Shown here: piece by piece, positions 32,751 to 41,128 of the stretch | Layout: each line of letters begins with the position of its first letter | Position numbering within the stretch: the first letter of the stretch is position 1 | Source: Steroidobacteraceae bacterium | GTDB lineage: Bacteria > Pseudomonadota > Gammaproteobacteria > Steroidobacterales > Steroidobacteraceae | DNA: 64,000 nucleotides | Direction of reading: 5' to 3' | Assembly: GCA_036274075.1 (NCBI GenBank) | Contig: DASUGK010000115.1 | Location: 34,944-98,943 of the forward strand | Program-made: the position numbers and the translations under genes | The notes under the pieces: generated by a model | Told to the model about the DNA's origin: nothing | The model's database searches: none | What the model saw: only the letters and a program-made list of their open reading frames with translations

Positions 32751-34082
32751 ATGGGAAAGCCGATGCGACGCGCCGCCCGTAAATTGCCCCGCACCTGCGC
32801 CCTGCTGCTCGCCCTGGCACTGGCCGGAGGGGCCCGCGCGCAACTGCCGCAAGTGCAATTGCCGCCGGTGCAGGTGCCGGGAGTGCCCACGCCCTCGTTG
32901 CCTGACGCCAGGCGCGCGCTGGGCGGCACGCTCGAGCAACTCTCCGCCGTGCGCCGGTTGCGCGTCGAAGACCTGGCGCGCGCGCATCGCGCCGAACTCG
33001 ATCGCGATCCGCGGGGCGAGCTCGTGGTGCGCGCCGAAGTGGTCGGCATCGACGTCACCGAAGCGGCGCTGGCCAGGGCCGTGAAAGCGGACTTTCGCGT
33101 GCTGCGAACCGAAGAACTGCCCGACCTCGGCGTTAAGGTCACCGTGCTGCAGACGCCTGAAGGCATGAGCGCCAGCCGCGGACTCAGGAAACTGCGCAAG
33201 CTGGATCCCGAGGGCACCTACGACTTCAACCATGTGTATCTCGACAGCGGTGCCATGCAGGCCGGAGCAACCCGGCCTGCCGCTGCCGCCGCGGATGCCC
33301 CGTCCGCCAGTGGCGCCATTCGCGTCGGGCTCATCGACGGCGGCGTCGACACCTCGCACGTGACCTTGCGGGGCAACACCGTGCACCTGTTCGGCTGCGG
33401 CGAAGCGCGTGTGCCGAGCGCCCACGGCACCGCGGTGGCGTCACTGCTCGCCGGATCCGCCGGCGATTTCCACGGCGCCGCGCCGCAGGCCGAGTTGTTT
33501 GCCGCGGATGTGTACTGCGGGCTGCCGGCCGGCGGTGCGGTCGATCGTCTCGCCGCCGCGCTGGGTTGGATGGCGCGCGAACGCGTCGCCGTCATCAACG
33601 TGAGCCTGGTCGGACCGCGAAATGCCTTGCTGGAACGCGTGGTCGCCTCACTGGTGAGCCGCGGTTTTCTCATCGTCGCGGCCGTCGGCAACGACGGGCC
33701 GGCGGCTCCGCCGCTGTACCCGGCCGCGTATGACGGCGTCATGGGCGTCACCGCGGTCGACGCCCGGCACCGCGTGCTGATCGAAGCGTGCCGCGGCAAA
33801 CATCTCGACCTCGCTGCGCCGGGCGCGGACATGTCCGCCGCAACTCTCGGCCAGTCCGGGCAGACGGATGCCTTTGCGTCGGTGCGCGGCACGTCATTCG
33901 CCGCGCCGATTGTTGCCGGCCTGCTGGCGCGCACGCTGGCCCGCCCCGACTCCGCCGCGCGTGATCAAGCGGTCGCCGCGCTGGCCGGCAGCGCCGAAGA
34001 CCTGGGGCCCCGCGGGCGCGACGATATATATGGAGCGGGCTTGGTCGGCACCGACGTGGCGCCTCTGTCCAGCCAGCGATAA
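32751..34082 (+). CDS. S8 (subtilisin) family serine peptidase with N-terminal propeptide-like region
   Basis: Signal LLLALALAGGARAQ. Triad motifs GLIDGGVD, SAHGTAVASLLAG and RGTSFAAPIVAG, with the oxyanion motif AAVGNDG. Confidence 0.85.
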   Translation: MGKPMRRAARKLPRTCALLLALALAGGARAQLPQVQLPPVQVPGVPTPSLPDARRALGGTLEQLSAVRRLRVEDLARAHRAELDRDPRGELVVRAEVVGIDVTEAALARAVKADFRVLRTEELPDLGVKVTVLQTPEGMSASRGLRKLRKLDPEGTYDFNHVYLDSGAMQAGATRPAAAAADAPSASGAIRVGLIDGGVDTSHVTLRGNTVHLFGCGEARVPSAHGTAVASLLAGSAGDFHGAAPQAELFAADVYCGLPAGGAVDRLAAALGWMARERVAVINVSLVGPRNALLERVVASLVSRGFLIVAAVGNDGPAAPPLYPAAYDGVMGVTAVDARHRVLIEACRGKHLDLAAPGADMSAATLGQSGQTDAFASVRGTSFAAPIVAGLLARTLARPDSAARDQAVAALAGSAEDLGPRGRDDIYGAGLVGTDVAPLSSQR

Positions 34083-34154
34083 ACTTTTACGGATCAGATG
34101 GTTACGGCATCGTCGATGCTCCAGGGAAGAAATCGCCCGCCCCGGTCGTAGTAC

Positions 34155-34196
34155 CTCCTGAGAGCTGCGGATCACCCGCGGCGCAAACCTCAGGAG
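34155..34196 (+). promoter_or_regulatory. 5' leader hairpin pairing CTCCTGAG with CTCAGGAG (the SD of the gene starting at 34203)
   Basis: The 8-bp perfect inverted repeat was read directly. The 3' arm covers the AGGAG of the Shine-Dalgarno sequence. Confidence 0.45.
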
Positions 34197-34202
34197 AGAT
34201 TC

Positions 34203-35027
34203 ATGAACAAGCATTTCATCAAGCGGGTCGCGGTGTTCGCGCTCATCTGTGGCGCGCCGCTGATCCAGGCGCAGGTGCTCGGCGGCGGTGCCGCGGGCGG
34301 TCTTGGCGGCGGCCTCAATGGCACGCTGGGTGGCGGCATGGGGTCGATCGGCGGCGCCGGCAATGGCGCTGCGTCGGGTTCGCTCGGTGGCGGTCTTGAC
34401 GGCACAGGCACGCTGCGCCGGACCACCACGGGCGCGATGGATCACACCCGCGAAGCCACCCGCCGCGTGCGTGATCGCGCGGCCAGCACGCGCGACACGG
34501 TGCGCGGCACCAGCGAATCGGCGGCGTCCTCGGCGCAGGCCACGGCCAGTGGCGCCGTCAACGGCGCGGCCAACTCGGCCGGCAATGGCATCGCTGGTAC
34601 GGTGAACACCACGGGTTCCGCGGCGGGTGCGGTCCAGCAGTCGGCCTCGGCCGCGGGCAGCAACGTCAACGGCAATGCCGCGGGCAACGCGGCGGGCGAC
34701 CTCACGGGCTCGATCAACTCGGCGCCGGTGGCGGTTCCCACCTTGCCGGGCGAGATGCCCACCGCGCCAAGTGCCCCTGCGGCTCCGAGCGCGCCGGCCA
34801 CGCCTGCTCTGCCCGGCCTGCCGGCGGTGAATCCGCAGGCCTCGGGCAATGCCCACGGCAATGCGAACGGCAGTGCTTCGGGTTCGCTGATCAAGAGCGA
34901 CACGGCACCGGCGACTGGCAGCAGCCAGTCCTCGGGCTTTGCTTCCCCGGTGCAGGCCTCGGCAGATGCCAACGCGAATGCCGATGCCAATGCCAATGCC
35001 TCGGTGAGCACGTCTCCGCAGCAGTAA
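34203..35027 (+). CDS. secreted Gly/Ala/Ser/Asn-rich low-complexity protein
   Basis: AGGAGAG SD and signal peptide MNKHFIKRVAVFALICGAPLIQAQ. Then GGGAAGGLGGGLNG..., AAGNAAG... and a C-terminal ADANANADANANA stretch. Confidence 0.6.
   Translation: MNKHFIKRVAVFALICGAPLIQAQVLGGGAAGGLGGGLNGTLGGGMGSIGGAGNGAASGSLGGGLDGTGTLRRTTTGAMDHTREATRRVRDRAASTRDTVRGTSESAASSAQATASGAVNGAANSAGNGIAGTVNTTGSAAGAVQQSASAAGSNVNGNAAGNAAGDLTGSINSAPVAVPTLPGEMPTAPSAPAAPSAPATPALPGLPAVNPQASGNAHGNANGSASGSLIKSDTAPATGSSQSSGFASPVQASADANANADANANASVSTSPQQ
34962..35000 (+). repeat. hexanucleotide-type (GCN-AAY / GCC-GAT) microsatellite encoding ADANANADANANA
   Basis: Read directly as gca gat gcc aac gcg aat gcc gat gcc aat gcc aat gcc. 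Confidence 0.75.
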
Positions 35028-35040
35028 CGTTCGCGCAAAG

Positions 35041-35080
35041 AAAAACGGCGGGGCCCGCGAGGGTCCCGCCGTCTTCATTT
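35041..35080. terminator. bidirectional intrinsic terminator between convergent genes
   Basis: The ACGGCGGGGCCC-GCGA-GGGTCCCGCCGT stem-loop is flanked by AAAAA upstream, which gives a T-run on the minus strand, and by CTTCATTT downstream. Confidence 0.65.
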
Positions 35081-35093
35081 GCCGGCCGGGGTA

Positions 35094-35561
35094 TCAGGTC
35101 TTGGGTTCAGGGCCGCGGCGATGTCCGCCCCCGCGCTGCAGTTCTTCCTTGCTCAACAGGCCGTTCTTGTCCTTGTCGAGCGTGCTGAAGCGCTCGGCCA
35201 GTTTCGGCATGTTGGACTGCACTTCGTCGAGCGACAGGGATCCGTCCGCGTTGGCGTCGGCCTCCTTGAAGCGGTCGTCGAAGGCCTCGCGCATCTTGCC
35301 GCGGCGCGTCTCGCGGGCCTGCTTGGTTTCCTCGGGCGTGACGTAGCCGTCCTTGTCGAGGTCCAGCTTTTCGAACCATTCATTGGTGCGCTCCGTGGCC
35401 GCGGCATTCGCCTCGGCCCGGGACACTCGGCCGTCGCCGTCCTTGTCGGCGCGCATTTCGTCGCCACGCGGCGCGTCGCTGCGCGGCGAGTCGCCGGCAA
35501 AGGCGTGGGTGGCGAGCAGCGCAGCAACTGCCAGCGCGCAGGTCGAGAGGGTGGTCTTCAT
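35094..35561 (-). CDS. secreted EF-hand calcium-binding protein (four EF loops)
   Basis: Signal peptide plus four EF loops: DKDGDGRVSRAE, DLDKDGYVTPEE, DANADGSLSLDE and DKDKNGLLSKEE. Confidence 0.8.
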   Translation of the reverse strand: MKTTLSTCALAVAALLATHAFAGDSPRSDAPRGDEMRADKDGDGRVSRAEANAAATERTNEWFEKLDLDKDGYVTPEETKQARETRRGKMREAFDDRFKEADANADGSLSLDEVQSNMPKLAERFSTLDKDKNGLLSKEELQRGGGHRRGPEPKT

Positions 35562-35714
35562 CGGGTATCTCCTGGAAATGAAAATGAGGCCTGCACCGGT
35601 CTCAACGCACCCGCCGCTTCCCGGTTGACACCCTCCCGCGGCGGGAAGGCGCGGGAAACCGCGGGTCCTTGCTAAGATTCGGGCCGTTTCATCGAGTTCC
35701 AGACAGGTTCCCCC

Positions 35715-37472
35715 GTGAAATCCGAGCTAGAGCGCCTGCTGCGTGAGGCGCTGCGAACACTTGTTCCCGCCGTATTGCCCGAGCCCGCCGACGAATCGCA
35801 GGTGGTGGTGGAGCGCACTCGTGATCCGGCCCACGGCGACTTCGCCAGCAACATCGCCATGCGGCTCGCCAAGGCGGCACGCAAGAATCCGCGCGAGGTC
35901 GCGCAGGCCATCGTCAAGGCATTGCCCGCGAACCAGCTGGTCGCATCCGCGGAAATCGCCGGCGCGGGTTTCATCAATTTCCGGCTGGCCAAGGACGCCT
36001 GGTTCGCGGCGCTCAAGTCCGTCGCCGCACAGGGTGAAGCCTACGGACGCAGCGAGGTCGGCGCACGCCGCAAGGTGATGATCGAATTCGTCTCGGCGAA
36101 CCCCACCGGCCCCATGCACGTGGGCCACGGGCGCGGCGCGGCTTACGGCGCGACGCTGGGCAATCTGCTCGAGGCCACGGGCCACGACCTCTACCGCGAG
36201 TACTACATCAACGATGCCGGCCGGCAGATCGACATCCTGGCGGTCAGCGTCTACCTGCGTTACCTCGAGCTCTGCGGCGAGCCGGTGGCCTTTCCGTCGA
36301 ACGGCTACAAGGCCGACTACATCCTGCCGGTGGCGAAGGCGCTGCATGCAAAACGCGCCGAGGCCCTGAAGCGCCCTGCCGTCGACGTCGCGCGCGGCGC
36401 GCCGCCGGACGCACCGGCCGGCGACAAGGACAAGCACATCGACGGGCTCATCGAGAACTCGCGTAAATTGCTCGGTGCCGCGGAGTTCGATTCCATCGTG
36501 CTGTTCGCGCGCGACGCGATGCTGGCCGACATCCGCAACGATCTCGACGAGTTCCGCGTCACCTTCGACAACTGGTACTCGGAGCGCGAATTGAACCGGT
36601 CCGGCGCCGTGGACCGCGCCATCGAGGCGCTGCGCAAGTCGGGCCACATGTACACCAGGGACGGCGCCGAGTGGTTCAAGAGCACCGACTACGGCGACGA
36701 CGAGGACCGCGTGGTCATCCGCGCCAACGGCGAGAAGACCTACTTCGCCTCGGACATCGCCTATCACTACGACAAGCGGCAGCGCGGCCATGACCTGCTG
36801 ATCGACGTGTGGGGCGCCGATCACCACGGCTACGTGACGCGCGTGCGCGGCGCGCTGCAGGCGCTGGGCAACCCGGGAGATTGCTTCGAGGTCACGCTCA
36901 TGCAGCTCGTGAGCCTGTTCCGCGGCGGCGAGAAGCTGTCCATGGGCAAGCGCGAGGGCAACTTCGTCACGCTGCGCGACCTGCGCAACGAGGTGGGCAA
37001 CGACGCCTGCCGCTTCTTCTATCTCATGCGCAGCCACGACCAGGCGCTGGACTTCGACCTTGAACTGGCGAAATCGCGCAGCAACGAGAACCCGGTGTAC
37101 TACGTGCAATACGCGCACGCCCGCGTCTGCTCGGTGATGAAGGAGCTGGCCGCGCGCGGCCACGAATACGATGCCGCGGCCGGCGCGGCCAACCTCGCGC
37201 AGCTCGGCAATGCCCACGAACAGGCGGTGATCACCGCCATCACCCGCTATCCCGAGATCGTGGAGCGCGCCGCGCTCGATCGCACGCCGCACACGCTGGT
37301 GCATTACCTGCGCGACCTTGCGAACACGCTGCACACCTATTACAACGCGGAAAAATGGATCGTCGAGGATTCCGCCGTGCGTAACGCGCGCATCACCCTG
37401 GTCCTGGCCGTGCAGCAGGTGGTGCGCAACGGCCTGGCCCTGCTCGGCGTGTCGGCGCCCGAGAGCATGTGA
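35715..37472 (+). CDS. argS: arginine--tRNA ligase
   Basis: GTG start. Class I HIGH-type motif ANPTGPMHVGHGRGAAYG, and ArgRS N-terminal and DALR regions. Confidence 0.92.
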   Translation: MKSELERLLREALRTLVPAVLPEPADESQVVVERTRDPAHGDFASNIAMRLAKAARKNPREVAQAIVKALPANQLVASAEIAGAGFINFRLAKDAWFAALKSVAAQGEAYGRSEVGARRKVMIEFVSANPTGPMHVGHGRGAAYGATLGNLLEATGHDLYREYYINDAGRQIDILAVSVYLRYLELCGEPVAFPSNGYKADYILPVAKALHAKRAEALKRPAVDVARGAPPDAPAGDKDKHIDGLIENSRKLLGAAEFDSIVLFARDAMLADIRNDLDEFRVTFDNWYSERELNRSGAVDRAIEALRKSGHMYTRDGAEWFKSTDYGDDEDRVVIRANGEKTYFASDIAYHYDKRQRGHDLLIDVWGADHHGYVTRVRGALQALGNPGDCFEVTLMQLVSLFRGGEKLSMGKREGNFVTLRDLRNEVGNDACRFFYLMRSHDQALDFDLELAKSRSNENPVYYVQYAHARVCSVMKELAARGHEYDAAAGAANLAQLGNAHEQAVITAITRYPEIVERAALDRTPHTLVHYLRDLANTLHTYYNAEKWIVEDSAVRNARITLVLAVQQVVRNGLALLGVSAPESM

Positions 37473-38068
37473 GGGAGCCCGCCCTGGTCGCGAAAATCAC
37501 CAGCCGCGATTTCAAGCGCTCCCGTTCGGGCGGGCTGCGCCTGGACGTCGGCCGCTGGCGCGAGTTCGCCGTGGGCCTGGCCGCAGGCCTGTCGCTGTCC
37601 CTGTTCGTGCTGGTCTGGCAGAACTACCGCGAGAAGGAAGCCGCCCGGGCCGCCGCCGAGGTGCCGCGTCCCGAACCGCGACCCGACAAGTCCGCGGCCG
37701 CCGGAGAAGCCGAGGACAGCGCCAAGAACTACGACTTCTACGACATGCTGCCGAACTTCGAGGTCGTGGTGCCCGAGAAGGATGGCGAGGTGTCGAACCA
37801 GCGCACCGCGGCACCGGCGAAAGTGGAACGGCCCGGCGTCTACGTGCTGCAGGCCGGCTCGTACCGGCAGCAGGAAATCGCCGACCGCAAGCGCGAGCAG
37901 CTCAAGCGCCAGGGCATCGACGCCAACGTGCAGCGCGTGGCCGTGGACGACGACGTCTGGTACCGCGTGCGCATCGGCCCGATCACCGACCTCGACGAGG
38001 TGAATCGCCTGCACGCGCGCCTGCGCGCCGCGGATCTCGATCCGCTCGTGATCCGCGTCGGCGAATGA
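37469..38068 (+). CDS. SPOR domain-containing protein
   Basis: GTG overlaps the argS stop. One TM segment. C-terminal SPOR-like YVLQAGSYRQQEIADRKREQLKRQGIDANVQRV...WYRVRIGP. Confidence 0.75.
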   Translation: MREPALVAKITSRDFKRSRSGGLRLDVGRWREFAVGLAAGLSLSLFVLVWQNYREKEAARAAAEVPRPEPRPDKSAAAGEAEDSAKNYDFYDMLPNFEVVVPEKDGEVSNQRTAAPAKVERPGVYVLQAGSYRQQEIADRKREQLKRQGIDANVQRVAVDDDVWYRVRIGPITDLDEVNRLHARLRAADLDPLVIRVGE

Positions 38069-39189
38069 GCATGGCGAACGCGCCACTGCGATTTTGCTTC
38101 GCGGCTGGCGTGTTGCTGGCGCTGGCGGGCTGCGCCACGCAGCCGCCGGCCCCGGCGCCCGCGCCGCCACCGCCCGAGGCACCGAAGCCCGCACCGTTGC
38201 CGCCGCCCACGCACCCCGGTCTCACGCTGGCAGCGGTTGGCGACATCATGCTGGGCACGGATTTCCCCGAGAACATCCTGCCGGACGACGACGGCGTCGG
38301 CTTCCTGCAGGCGGTGACGCCCATCCTTTCCGCGCCGGACGTGACCTTCGGCAACCTCGAAGGCGTGCTGATGGACGGCGGCGAGCCGGTGAAGCAATGC
38401 AAGAACCCGAAGATCTGCTTCCTGTTCCGCTCGCCCACGCGGTATGCCGCGTATCTCAAGGCGGCGGGCTTCGACGTCATGAGCCTCGCCAACAACCACG
38501 CGCGCGACTTCGGCGAGGAAGGCCGCTCCTCGAGCATGGCCGCGCTCGACGCCGTCGGCATCCTGCACTCGGGGCGCGAAGGGACCGTGGCGAGCTGGAT
38601 CGCCAACGGACGGCGCGTGGCGCTGGTGGCGTTCGCGCCCAACGTCGGCGCGAACTCGCTCAACGATCCGCAGATCGGCCTGCCGCTGGTGAGCCAGCTG
38701 GCCGCCACGCACAACATCGTGATCGTGTCCTTCCACGGCGGTGCCGAGGGCAATGGCGCGGAGGTGCTGCCGTTCGTGCGCGAGATCTTCGCCGGCGAGG
38801 ATCGCGGCAACGTGGTCGAGTTTGCGCGCTCCATGGTGGATGCGGGTGCGGACGTGGTCATCGGCCACGGGCCGCACGTGGTGCGGGCCATGGAACTGTA
38901 CCGCGACCGTTTCATCGCCTACAGCCTGGGAAATTTCGCGACGTACTACGGCATCAGCGTGGAAGGCAATCGCGGCATCGCGCCCATCCTGCTGCTGACG
39001 CTCGACGATGACGGGCGCTTCGTGTCCGGGCAGGTCGAGGCGACGACGCAAGTCCGCCCGGCTGGTCCTACCCTGGACCCGTCGAAGACGGTCATCGACC
39101 TTCTGCGCACCCTGACTGCCACCGCGTTTCCCGACGGCCTGCTGCAGATCCGCGAGGATGGCGCGCTTTCGCGTCGCGCCGTGCCGTAA
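38065..39189 (+). CDS. CapA family (metallophosphatase-like) lipoprotein
   Basis: ATGA overlap with the SPOR gene. Lipobox LALAGC. Contains GDIMLG...FGNLE...SLANNHARDFG. Confidence 0.75.
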   Translation: MSMANAPLRFCFAAGVLLALAGCATQPPAPAPAPPPPEAPKPAPLPPPTHPGLTLAAVGDIMLGTDFPENILPDDDGVGFLQAVTPILSAPDVTFGNLEGVLMDGGEPVKQCKNPKICFLFRSPTRYAAYLKAAGFDVMSLANNHARDFGEEGRSSSMAALDAVGILHSGREGTVASWIANGRRVALVAFAPNVGANSLNDPQIGLPLVSQLAATHNIVIVSFHGGAEGNGAEVLPFVREIFAGEDRGNVVEFARSMVDAGADVVIGHGPHVVRAMELYRDRFIAYSLGNFATYYGISVEGNRGIAPILLLTLDDDGRFVSGQVEATTQVRPAGPTLDPSKTVIDLLRTLTATAFPDGLLQIREDGALSRRAVP

Positions 39190-39207
39190 TCAAACCGAGG
39201 TGTCGCC

Positions 39208-39621
39208 TTGCCATCCGCCATCAAGCTCACCCTGCTCGCTGCGCTGATGCTCGCGTGCAGCGCCTGCGCGCGTTTCGAGAATCCCATCGTGGCCGAGAAT
39301 GGCCAGAGGTTCGACGACCGGCTCGCCGGTCGCTGGCACGCCGAGGGAAAAGAAGGAACGGTGGACATGGAGATCCGACGCGCCGGTGAGGAAGGCCTGG
39401 TCGTCATGACCACCACGGAAGCAGGCCAGGAACCGAAATCGGAAGATTTCCGCCTGGTCACCGCCAGGCTCGAGCGGCAGACGTTCGCCAGCGTCACCGA
39501 TCCGGCAAAGGAAGGGGCGAACTGGGTCCTGTTCCGATACGACGTCGTTTCGCCGGACCTGCTGATCATCTACGTGGACGAACGAGCTGCTGCCTGGCAA
39601 GGCGGACGAATCCGGCATTGA
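39208..39621 (+). CDS. hypothetical lipoprotein, apparently truncated by a frameshift (see finding)
   Basis: TTG start and lipobox LMLAC. After the stop at 39619-39621, clean GC3-rich coding continues in the +1 frame to the TAG at 39737-39739. Confidence 0.5.
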   Translation: MPSAIKLTLLAALMLACSACARFENPIVAENGQRFDDRLAGRWHAEGKEGTVDMEIRRAGEEGLVVMTTTEAGQEPKSEDFRLVTARLERQTFASVTDPAKEGANWVLFRYDVVSPDLLIIYVDERAAAWQGGRIRH

Positions 39622-39760
39622 AGGCAGCAAGACGGTGACCGCCTCGAGCGAGCAGCTGCGCGAATTCGTCCTGGGGTACGGGAGCGTGAGTTTCGACGAC
39701 CAGCCCGCCGTCGAGTTCCGGCGCGTCCCGCCCGGCTAGCCGCGGCGGCGCAACGTCAAA

Positions 39761-41128
39761 CTACTCCGCGTCGTCGGTGATGTTGCGAAAGTCGACGCCC
39801 AGCGAGCGCAGCTTGCGGTACAGGTGCGTGCGTTCCATGCCGACGCGCTTGGCGAGCTGCCCCACCTTGCCGTTGCAGAGCAGGAGCTGCTGCTGCAGGT
39901 AGGCGCGCTCGAACTGCTCGCGCGCTTCGCGCAGCGGCAGCGCCAGCAGGTCCTGCTTGACCAGCGGTTCGGCGGTCGGCGCCTGCGCCGCGAGCTCGCG
40001 CTCGATCTCGTCGAGGCGGATCTCCTCGCTGCCGCCCTGCAGGAGCAGCCGCTGCACCAGGTTCTTGAGCTCGCGGACGTTGTCGGGCCACGGATAGTTG
40101 CGCAGGCGATTCTGCGCGGCGACGCTGAACTTGCGGAACGTGAGGCCTTCGCCGTCGACGAAGCGGTCCACGTAGTGGCGCAGCAGGTCGGGCACGTCCT
40201 CGGTGTACTCGCGCAGCGGCGGCACGCGCACGATGAGCGTGTTGAGATGGGCGAGCAGGTCGCGGCGGAACTCGTCGCTGCGGGTTTCGATGCCGGGCCG
40301 GGCCGAGGACAACAACCGCGCCTTGAAGGTGACCGGCGTGTTGCCGCCGACGCGCATGAACTGGCCGCTCTCGAGAGTGCCGAGCAGCGCGCGCTGCGCC
40401 TGCGGCGGCAGGTCTTCCAGCTCGTTGATGAAAAGCGTTCCGGCGCCGGCGCGCTCCAGCACGCCGGGCGCGATCTGCCCGTTGGACTCGGTGCCGAACA
40501 GCACCTGCTCGGCGCCGTCACCGCGCAGCGTGCTCGAGATCAGCGTGACGAACGGGCGCGAGGCGCGCGGGCTGGCGTCGTGGATGAAGCGCGCGAAGGC
40601 TTCGCGTCCCGTACCGGTCTCGCCGACCAGCAGCACGGGGGAATCATTGGTGGCGATCTGCGCGAGATCGGCGCGCAGCTGCTGCATGACGCGGCTGCGG
40701 CCCACGGGCACGCCGGGCGAGGCGGCCAGCAACTTGCCCGCGTGACGCTTGCGCTTGCCGGCTTCGAGGGCGCGTTCCACGGTGCGCAGCAGCTTCTGCA
40801 GCGACAGCGGCTTCTCGACGAAATCGAATGCGCCTAGCCGCGTGGCCTCGACCGCGGTTTCCACCGTGCCGTGGCCGGACATCATGACCACCGGGCACGA
40901 CGACTCCGCCGACTGCCCGGACCATTCGCGCAGCAGCGTGATGCCGTCGGTGTCCGGCATCCAGATGTCGAGCAGCACGAGGTCGGGCAACTGGCGGGCG
41001 CGCGAGGCGCGCGCCTGGCCGGCATCCCCGGCCACGTCCACGTCGTAACCCTCCTCGGAGAGGATTTCCTTGAGGAGGCCTCGAATGTCTGCTTCGTCGT
41101 CGACGACCAGAATGTGTGCGGCGCTCAT
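39761..41128 (-). CDS. ntrX: AAA+ response regulator, NtrX-like (receiver + sigma-54-interaction-type ATPase + Fis HTH)
   Basis: Receiver ILVVDDEADIR...LLDIWMPDTDG. Walker A GETGTGRE. The GAFTGA loop is not visible, as in NtrX. C-terminal HTH. Overlaps the upstream kinase gene. Confidence 0.7.
   Translation of the reverse strand: MSAAHILVVDDEADIRGLLKEILSEEGYDVDVAGDAGQARASRARQLPDLVLLDIWMPDTDGITLLREWSGQSAESSCPVVMMSGHGTVETAVEATRLGAFDFVEKPLSLQKLLRTVERALEAGKRKRHAGKLLAASPGVPVGRSRVMQQLRADLAQIATNDSPVLLVGETGTGREAFARFIHDASPRASRPFVTLISSTLRGDGAEQVLFGTESNGQIAPGVLERAGAGTLFINELEDLPPQAQRALLGTLESGQFMRVGGNTPVTFKARLLSSARPGIETRSDEFRRDLLAHLNTLIVRVPPLREYTEDVPDLLRHYVDRFVDGEGLTFRKFSVAAQNRLRNYPWPDNVRELKNLVQRLLLQGGSEEIRLDEIERELAAQAPTAEPLVKQDLLALPLREAREQFERAYLQQQLLLCNGKVGQLAKRVGMERTHLYRKLRSLGVDFRNITDDAE

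Noticed and set aside
37318-38064. The long ORF 37318-39189 read as a single 623-aa gene.
   Set aside because: Its first 250 codons overlap argS and the SPOR gene out of frame and are Arg/Gly/Pro-rich. The CapA-like lipoprotein starts at ATG 38065, coupled to the SPOR stop.
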